64,000 nt of DNA, from the NCBI GenBank assembly GCA_963748675.1, contig CAVVJX010000005.1:516462-580461 (forward strand), in the 5' to 3' direction. This DNA is from an uncultured Chloroflexia bacterium. Lineage in GTDB: Bacteria; Chloroflexota; Limnocylindria; Limnocylindrales; CSP1-4. The stretch's first letter is position 1. Every line of letters starts with the position of its first letter. The translations under genes were made by a program, and so were the position numbers. Of the stretch, positions 57,222-64,000 are shown piece after piece. The notes below the pieces were generated by a model. That model was given only the letters and a program-made list of their open reading frames with translations, was not told where the DNA came from and searched no databases.

Positions 57222-57933
57222 CGCGTGACCGTCTGGAACGAGTATCGCCAGGAGCGCTCCGATCCCGCCGTCGGAACGATCTACCCCGACGGCATCCACG
57301 GCGCGATCGGCGACGGTCTGCGCGCAGCCGGCTTCGACGTGCGCGACGGCGACGCTCGACGAACCGGAGCATGGACTCACCGACGAGGTCCTCGCCGCAA
57401 CCGACGTGTTGACCTGGTGGGGCCACGTCGCGCATGACGAGGTCACCGACGCCGTCGTCGACCGCGTGCATCGCCGCGTCCTCGACGGGATGGGCCTGAT
57501 CGTCCTGCACTCGGGCCACTTCTCGAGGATCTTCAAGCGGCTCATGGGCACCAGTTGCGATCTCACCTGGCGCGAAGCCGGCGAGCGGGAGCGCGTCTGG
57601 GTCGTGGATCGATCGCACCCGATCGCCGACGGGCTCGGCGAGTCATTCGTGATCGAAGCGGAGGAGATGTACGGCGAGCCGTTCGATATCCCGGCTCCCG
57701 ACCGGCTCGTCCTCGTCGGCTGGTTCCAGGGCGGCGAGGTCTTCCGGAGCGGCTGCTGCTACCAGCGCGGTCGTGGCCGGATCTTCTACTTCCAGCCCGG
57801 CCACGAGACCCATCCGACGTATTTCCACCCCGACGTTCGAACGGTGATCGCGAATGCGGCACGCTGGGCGACCCAGCCCGTGGGCGCAGCACCCGTCTAT
57901 GGGAATCGCAAGTCGCCGCCCGAGCCGCTGTGA
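57217..57933 (+). CDS. ThuA-family protein (trehalose-utilisation-type, class I glutamine-amidotransferase-like); frameshift near 57360
   Basis: [14 protein letters not shown]...[13 protein letters not shown]...IVLHSGHFS...[14 protein letters not shown]. Confidence 0.7.
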
Positions 57934-57946
57934 TGGGTCGCTGCGG

Positions 57947-58291
57947 TCAGGATCGCTGAGGGCGCTTCGCGACGAACGCCTCCGACTCCGTCGCGAGGCC
58001 CAGCCAGGCCTCGTCGGACGCCGGCTCCGCAACCGACAGCCATTCCTTCATGAGCCGGCCGTCGCCGGGATCGAAACGCTCGCCGTCACCCGCTTCGACC
58101 AGCTCGTCGACGCGGCGCCGGTCGAGCTTCACGACCAGCCGATCCTTCACGAGCATCGCGAAGATCTTGCCGTTGGTCTTGAGCGACGTCGAGCCGAACG
58201 CCTGCTGGGGGCCCGACTCGTTGCCGTAGGTCGCGGCACCTTCACTGAGGACCGTCGCGACCAACGCCGCCCATCGTTCGTCCGCGGTCAT
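57947..58291 (-). CDS. YjbR/MmcQ-family small protein (114 aa)
   Basis: [18 protein letters not shown]...GKIFAMLVKDRLVVKL resembles the YjbR-family core. Stop is adjacent to the upstream Gfo gene. Confidence 0.5.
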   Translation of the reverse strand: MTADERWAALVATVLSEGAATYGNESGPQQAFGSTSLKTNGKIFAMLVKDRLVVKLDRRRVDELVEAGDGERFDPGDGRLMKEWLSVAEPASDEAWLGLATESEAFVAKRPQRS

Positions 58292-59490
58292 TACGCGCCC
58301 GCCACGACGCGGTCCGTGAAGTCGCCCGAGGCCTCGTCCTTGAGGATCAGCTTGTGGCGCCCGTCCGGCAGGATCTCGCGCTTGATCACGACCAGCCCGT
58401 CGTACGTCTCCGGCGTGGACGCGATGCGCGCCGTCGAACCGCCCCGCCAGTCCAGCTCGACCCCCTCCCACTGGCCGGTCTTCGCCGACCGGTAGCAGGC
58501 GTCCATGATCGCGTTGACGACGTAGCCGTCGTAGAACGTCTCCTGCGGTGCGCCGCCGGTATCGATCGCACGGAACATGTCGCTGAACATGTCCACGTAG
58601 CCAAGCTCCGAGACCTCGTCGCCGACGGGGAACAGCCACCCCGCCGATGTCTCCGCCTTCTCCGCGACGTATCCGCCACCGCCCCCGGCCGTGAACATCT
58701 CGAACCCCGTCCGCAGGAAGTGGTTCAACCAGATGGTGCCGTGGGTACCGGCCACCTCGTCGCGCAGGTCCATGCCGCCGCGGAACGTCCAGCTGACCTC
58801 GAACTGGCCGATCGCTCCGGACTCGAAGCGGATCAGGGCGATCGCGTTGTCCTCGTCGGCGATGGGATGGACGAGCGTGTCGGTGTGGCACATGACGTCG
58901 ACCGGCCGGTTCCCCTTGCCGACGAAGTTGCGCACGATCTCGATGCAGTGGCAGCCGAGGTCGATGATCGCCCCGCCCCCGGTCAGCCGCCCGTCCCAGA
59001 ACCACGCGGAATGCGGCCCGGGATGCGTTTCACGCGACCGGACCCAGGTGACGTCGCCGAGCGCCCCGTCCTGCACGGCCTTGATCGCCTTGAGCGTCTT
59101 GGGCGTGTAGCACAGGTCCTCGAGGTACCCACCGAACACCCCGGCCGACTCGACGACATCGAGCATCCGCTTCGCCTCCTCGGCCGTCCGCCCAAGGGGC
59201 TTCGTACAGAGGACGGCCTTGCCCGCCTTCGCCGCCAGCCCGACGGCCTCCTCGTGGAGGAAGTTGGGCAGCGCCACGACCACGACGTCCGTGTCGGGAT
59301 GGTTCACCGCGGCCGCCAGGTCGGCCGTGGACTCGGGGATCGACCAGCGCTCGCGAAACGCCGACCCGCGCCCCTCACTGCGGGAGTACACGACCTGGAC
59401 CTGGTCACGACCGCGCTGGCCGTGCAGCGTCATCGTGTAGAAGTCGGCGATGAGCCCGGTCCCGAGCATCGAGATGCGATGGCCGTCCAT
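58291..59490 (-). CDS. Gfo/Idh/MocA-family oxidoreductase (400 aa, intact)
   Basis: [24 protein letters not shown] Rossmann fold...CTKPLGRT...long C-terminal domain. No frameshift. Confidence 0.8.
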   Translation of the reverse strand: MDGHRISMLGTGLIADFYTMTLHGQRGRDQVQVVYSRSEGRGSAFRERWSIPESTADLAAAVNHPDTDVVVVALPNFLHEEAVGLAAKAGKAVLCTKPLGRTAEEAKRMLDVVESAGVFGGYLEDLCYTPKTLKAIKAVQDGALGDVTWVRSRETHPGPHSAWFWDGRLTGGGAIIDLGCHCIEIVRNFVGKGNRPVDVMCHTDTLVHPIADEDNAIALIRFESGAIGQFEVSWTFRGGMDLRDEVAGTHGTIWLNHFLRTGFEMFTAGGGGGYVAEKAETSAGWLFPVGDEVSELGYVDMFSDMFRAIDTGGAPQETFYDGYVVNAIMDACYRSAKTGQWEGVELDWRGGSTARIASTPETYDGLVVIKREILPDGRHKLILKDEASGDFTDRVVAGA

Positions 59491-59513
59491 GTGGTCCTCC
59501 TCCAGGTGAGCGG

Positions 59514-60489
59514 TCAGGTGGGGCGCGACGGCGCGGCCGCGAACGTGAACGCGCGCGCCGGATTGGTCACGAACAGTCGATGGCGGACCGACTCGTCCAC
59601 CCCGGCGTCCGCCAGGAGCCGGGTGAAGCCGTCGAGCAACCAGACGAGGCCAGGTCCACCGCCGTGGACCTTGTAGTAGCGACGTCGGGCGGCGTCCATC
59701 CCGAGGACGATCCGCTCGCCGTGCCCGTCCTCGACCATCCAGCGGATGAGCTGGAGGGTCCCGTTCGGCTCGTCGTCCTTCCATCGGAACGAGCCGTCGT
59801 ACTCGCCGTAGGCTCCGGACCCCAGCAGCTCGCGGTGATAGCCCCGATCGACGACCTTGTCGACGTGGCTCAGCACGATGTGCCGCGGCTGCGACGCCGT
59901 GGTCGCGCAAGGTCCGGATCTGCTCGAGGGCACCGGCGCCGTGCTCGCAGTGGGTGAGGATCGGGACGCCCGTTCGGCGATGGGCCTCGGCGGCGGCCTC
60001 GAACACGCGCCGGTCGCGGGCTGACAGGCCGCCCTCGGATCCCGCGACCTTGACGACCCCGGCACGGAACGTGGTCCGGCGCACGACCGGTCCCGCGTAG
60101 TCGTACGCATCGATGCCGTCGGTGACGTCGGCGGTGAACAGGTCCGCGAGCTCCTCGATCGAGACCCGGTGGCTCCAGTGTGCCGGGCCGTAGTAGCGGT
60201 CGTGATGCAGCCCGGTGGGCGCGACGACCTGGACGCCGGTTCGCTTCGAGAGGTCCGCCAGCTTGGCGACGTTGCGGCCCGCATCGCACGGCATGGCATC
60301 GACCACGGAGCGCAGCCCGAGAGCGGCCGCCTCGGCCAGCTCGGTCGCCATCGCGTCGACGTCCCCGAGATCGAATTCTGGCTCCAGCTCGACCGGCCGT
60401 CCGCCATCGATGACGAGGTGCTCGTGAGCGTACGTCACGCCGAGTTCTTCGGGCGCGATGTCCCCGAGCACGGTCCGGACGAAGGTCAT
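59514..60489 (-). CDS. Phosphotriesterase-family (PTE/PHP, amidohydrolase superfamily) protein; likely a lactonase or esterase; frameshift near 59950
   Basis: [12 protein letters not shown] (binuclear-metal HxH), HCEHG, and the C-terminus from ORF 59514..60407. ATGA overlap with the upstream FAD oxidoreductase. Confidence 0.7.
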
Positions 60490-61838
60490 CGCGCGACCGC
60501 CTCGGGCGCATCGGCGACCTCGAGGATCGCGCCATCGGCGCGCAGTCGATCGCGTAATGCGCTCACGTCGAGGTCGCGCGGATCGCGCCCGCCGGCCGCG
60601 GACATGGCCGCCGCCGTCCCCGCCGCCTGGCCCATCGCCATGCATTGCGCCATCGAGCGGACCGATGCGTGCGCGTCGTGCGTGGCGCTGAAGCAGCGGC
60701 CGGCGACGAGCACGTTGGTCGCGTCCCGCACCACCAACGACCGATACGGGATCCCGACCGCCCCGCCGTCGGGCAGGTACTGCCAGACCGTGTCCGCGCC
60801 GCCGTGATGGTCCTCGATCGGCGCACCGCACAGGCCGATCGCGTCGTCGAAGGCGCGCGCGCCAAGCACGTCGTCCCGGGTCAGCCGGTAGTCGCCATAG
60901 ACCCGGCGGGTCTCACGAACCCCGATCTGCGTGCCGAGCGCGACCAGCGACGCGTGTTCGTAGCCGGGCACGCGATCGACGAGGAACCGGACGTATTCGA
61001 GCGCCTGGCGCCGGCCGGCGATCTCGGCCTCGGTCAGGAACCAGGGATCCGTGGCGTTGATGAGGTTGCCGTCGGCGTCGCGCCGGACCGAATCGAGTCT
61101 CGTCATGATCGTGGCCGTCACGCCGTCGATCGGCGTGATGTGGTCACTGCCCTCGCGCCGGGGCAGGTCGTAGTCGCCCGAGTCCGCGGCCTCGGCCATC
61201 AGCCGGTGGAAATCGGTCTTGGAGATCGCGCGCCGCCGCTCGAGGTCGACGTTGGCCATGCGGAAGGTCGTCGTCAGCGTCTGGGCCGGGTCGATGTCAC
61301 CCGCCGTCTCGTAGCCGAATCCCGCGAAGGCGCACAGGTCCGCGTCGCCCGACGCATCCACGAAGGTTCTCGCGCGCACGCGCGCGAGACCGGCCCGCGT
61401 CGCGACGACGATCGTCTCGACGCGTCCATCGCGGACCTCGGCCGCCTGGACGAGCGCATGGAGGAGCGGCCGAGCGCCGGATCCGGTCACGAGCCGCTCC
61501 CACACGACCTTGAGGTGCTCCGCGAGGTAGGTCACGCCGGTCCCGGCGCCGTAGGTGTTGGGCCGTTCCACGACGGGGCCGAGTTCCCGCAGGCCCGCCA
61601 CGACGTCGTCGCCGATGCCACCGACCACCTTGCGCGCGGACGATCCCGGCGTGTAGAAGCCGTAGAACGTGTCGAGGACCGCGGTGCTCGTGCCGCCGAG
61701 GAACGGCAGCCGATCGATCAGCAGGACCGACGCTCCGCCTCGGGCTGCGGCGATGGCCGCGGTCGATCCGGCGGAGCCCGATCCGACGATGCACACGTCG
61801 ACGTCGGCGATCGTGGGTGCCGTTGCCTTGAACGTCAT
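60486..61838 (-). CDS. FAD-dependent oxidoreductase (FAD_oxidored / GlcNAc-locus-type family, 450 aa)
   Basis: [22 protein letters not shown] (GxGxxG) and an intact ORF. ATGA coupling on both sides. Confidence 0.75.
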   Translation of the reverse strand: MTFKATAPTIADVDVCIVGSGSAGSTAAIAAARGGASVLLIDRLPFLGGTSTAVLDTFYGFYTPGSSARKVVGGIGDDVVAGLRELGPVVERPNTYGAGTGVTYLAEHLKVVWERLVTGSGARPLLHALVQAAEVRDGRVETIVVATRAGLARVRARTFVDASGDADLCAFAGFGYETAGDIDPAQTLTTTFRMANVDLERRRAISKTDFHRLMAEAADSGDYDLPRREGSDHITPIDGVTATIMTRLDSVRRDADGNLINATDPWFLTEAEIAGRRQALEYVRFLVDRVPGYEHASLVALGTQIGVRETRRVYGDYRLTRDDVLGARAFDDAIGLCGAPIEDHHGGADTVWQYLPDGGAVGIPYRSLVVRDATNVLVAGRCFSATHDAHASVRSMAQCMAMGQAAGTAAAMSAAGGRDPRDLDVSALRDRLRADGAILEVADAPEAVAR

Positions 61839-62653
61839 GGGCCGGGCTCCGGCCCGGCCTCGGGCTCGGGGGACACGGACGTCACCGACCAGCCGCCATC
61901 GACCTTGAGCATCTGGCCCGTGACGGCCCGCGATTCGTCCGAGAGGAAGTAGATGGCCGCTTGGGCGACCTCGTCGGGGTCGAGCATCTCACCGGCGAGC
62001 GGCTGCTTCCGGCGGGCGTACGCGAGGATCGCCGGATCGTGGGCCGCGCGCGTCGCCATCGGTGTCCTCGTCAGCGAGGGCGCCACGATGTTGACCCGGA
62101 TGCCGTCGGGCGCATAGGTGGCGGCCATCGTCGTCATCAGGGCCGTGAGCGCGCCCTTCGCGGCGGCATAGGCGTGGGTCGCGAACAGCTCCGGTGCCGG
62201 GTCCGTCGTGGTGACGCTGCCCAGCAGCAGGACGGACCCGTGCGTCCCGGAGGCGTTGGGGGGCTGCTGCAGCATCTGGCGGACGACCGCGGCGCAGACC
62301 AGCACCTGGGTCCGCAGGTTGAGGGCGGCCGTGGCTTCCCAGGCATTGCCCGTCACCGTGTGGATCGGGCCGTCACCGAACCGCCGTCCGCTCCCGCCGG
62401 CGACCGAGAACAGGCCGTCGATCCGACCGAACCGCTCGACGGCGGCGGTCACGGCGGCGCCCACCTCGGCCTCCTCGGTCAGCTCGGCCTGCGCCCACGC
62501 GGCACCCAGGCGCTCCGCGAGCCCGCGGGCGTGGTCGGCGGTTCGCGACGTGACGAAGACGCTCGCTCCCTCCGCGACGCAGCGTTCCGCAGCCGCGGCG
62601 GCGATGCCGGTGGAACCCGTGATGAGGATCACACGATCGCGCAGGCGGTCCAT
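61835..62653 (-). CDS. SDR-family oxidoreductase
   Basis: ITGSTGIAAAAAE, YAAAKGAL. First gene of the coupled minus-strand operon, divergent from the MocR regulator. Confidence 0.8.
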   Translation of the reverse strand: MDRLRDRVILITGSTGIAAAAAERCVAEGASVFVTSRTADHARGLAERLGAAWAQAELTEEAEVGAAVTAAVERFGRIDGLFSVAGGSGRRFGDGPIHTVTGNAWEATAALNLRTQVLVCAAVVRQMLQQPPNASGTHGSVLLLGSVTTTDPAPELFATHAYAAAKGALTALMTTMAATYAPDGIRVNIVAPSLTRTPMATRAAHDPAILAYARRKQPLAGEMLDPDEVAQAAIYFLSDESRAVTGQMLKVDGGWSVTSVSPEPEAGPEPGP

Positions 62654-62752
62654 GCCCACAATGATGACGCGGCGGCCGCGCACGGACGCAGCCGCGCAGG
62701 AGATGGTGCGCGGAGTGCAGAGCCGGCCGTGCTGCGCTAGCATCGCTGGCAT

Positions 62753-64000
62753 CATGGAAGCACTCGCTACACCCCTTCTCGAAGAGGCCACAGGCGGCCG
62801 GGACGTCCTCCTCGAGATGGACCTTCGCCGCGGTCAGCTCCGTCGCAACCTGCGGTGCGCCATTCGTGAGGCGATCCAGGACGGCCGGCTCGCCACGGGC
62901 ACGCGCCTGCCCTCGTCGCGCCGCCTCGCCACGGACCTGCGGGTGTCGCGCGGGGTCGTCGCGGACACCTATGACCAGCTCACCGCCGAGGGCTATCTCG
63001 AGACGCAGCCGCGCCAGGCGCCGCTCGTCGCCGGCGTCGGTGCCGCCCCGCCCTGGCCGACGAGCCGGCCCGCCCTACCTGGGCGGTCGACTTCATCGCC
63101 ACGACGCCGGACGTGGAGCTGTTCCCGCGCCGGGCCTGGATCCGCGCCACGGAGCGAGCGCTGCGGGAGGCCCCCAACGAGGCGCTCGATTACGGCGATC
63201 ACCGCGGTCGGATCGAGCTTCGCCGGGCGCTCAGTGGCTACCTCGGCCGCGTTCGTGGCGTGCGCATCGAACCAGAGCGCATGGTCATCACCCAGGGCTT
63301 CACCCAGGGCCTCGACCTCGTGTCGCGGGTGCTGCTCGCCCGCGGCTCGACGGAGATCGCGTTCGAGGCCCCGTCCCAGCCGAACGGCTGGGCCACCCCA
63401 GAGGCGGTCGGGCTGCGCGTGGTCGGCGTTCCGGTCGATGGCGAGGGTGTCCGGACGGACGCCCTGGACGCGCTGGCCGCGGCCGCCATCGTCGTGACCC
63501 CGGCGCACCAGTTCCCGACGGGGGCCGTGCTGGCGCCAGAGCGTCGCGCGGACCTCGTTTCGTGGGCCAACCGAGCGGATCGGCTCATCATCGAGGACGA
63601 CTACGACGCCGAGTTCCGCTACGACCGGAACGCCATCGGGGCGATCCAGGGCCTGGATCCGTGCCGCGTCATCCATATCGGGACCGCGTCGAAGACCCTG
63701 GCACCGGGCATCCGCCTGGGCTGGATGAGCCTGCCCGACACGCTCATCGACGAGATCCGCGCCGCCAAGGCCGCCCAGGACTCCGGTTCGCCGTCGATCG
63801 AGCAGCTCGCGCTCGCCTCGCTCATCGACAGTGGCGACTACGACCGCCACGTGGCCCGCGCACGCCACGTCTACCGGCAGCGGCGCGATGCCCTGATCGC
63901 GGCGCTCGCCCGGCACCTGCCCGGACTGACGATCCAGGGCGCCGCGGCAGGCCTCCACGTGCTCCTCCGATTGCCCGACGCCGTGGACGACGTCGCGATC
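62753..64000 (+). CDS. MocR-type regulator (GntR HTH fused to a PLP aminotransferase-like domain), 3' partial; frameshift near 63040
   Basis: HTH LPSSRRLATDLRVSRGVVADTYDQL. The aminotransferase fold from about 63060 (ELFPRRAW..., HIGTASKTLAPGIRLGWM) is in another frame and continues beyond the window. Confidence 0.75.

Overview
This is a high-GC (about 70%) chromosomal segment of actinobacterial type. Coding is dense, with roughly 55 protein-coding genes, and most adjacent genes overlap by 1-4 bp (ATGA/GTGA), indicating translational coupling. I found no rRNA, tRNA, CRISPR array, transposase or integrase.

Gene content, in order:
- Housekeeping genes: transketolase N-terminus, pseudouridine-5'-phosphate glycosidase, CTP synthase and transaldolase.
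- Secreted or peptidase genes: an M14 carboxypeptidase, an S9 acylaminoacyl peptidase and a Tat-signal amidase.
- A xanthine-dehydrogenase-family molybdenum hydroxylase (FAD, 2Fe-2S and Moco subunits) bracketed by two PEP-utilizing-enzyme-like phosphotransferases.
- A LacI-associated catabolic cluster: MBL hydrolase, SDRs, DapA-like aldolase, two-subunit GMC dehydrogenase, ALDH, CoA-transferase, crotonase, LLM monooxygenase, AroE-like, FAH and creatininase-family genes.
- An amino-sugar (GlcNAc-like) uptake and catabolism locus on the minus strand: lipoprotein SBP, ABC ATPase, two permeases, ROK kinase, GntR and NagA, plus a SIS-domain protein and DeoC.
- A large oxidative sugar-catabolism locus of the 3-keto-glycoside / C-glycoside type: four Gfo/Idh/MocA oxidoreductases, two xylose-isomerase-like TIM barrels (one Tat-secreted), two ThuA domains (one inside a ~1270-aa secreted ThuA-glucose-dehydrogenase-like beta-propeller-PKD-CBM fusion), a DUF1080 lipoprotein, a ROK regulator, and FAD-oxidoreductase, phosphotriesterase-family, SDR and MocR-regulator genes.

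One feature runs through the whole window. At least 25 conserved genes, including essential pyrG (4 times), are interrupted by single-base insertions, mostly in G/C runs. I read these as assembly or polishing indels rather than genuine pseudogenes, and gene models are therefore given across frames.

The most interesting candidates are the split dikinase-like pair flanking the Mo-hydroxylase, the giant ThuA-GDH-PKD-CBM fusion within the 3-keto-sugar locus, and a repeat-rich 370-bp leader upstream of a tandem-duplicated hypothetical protein.
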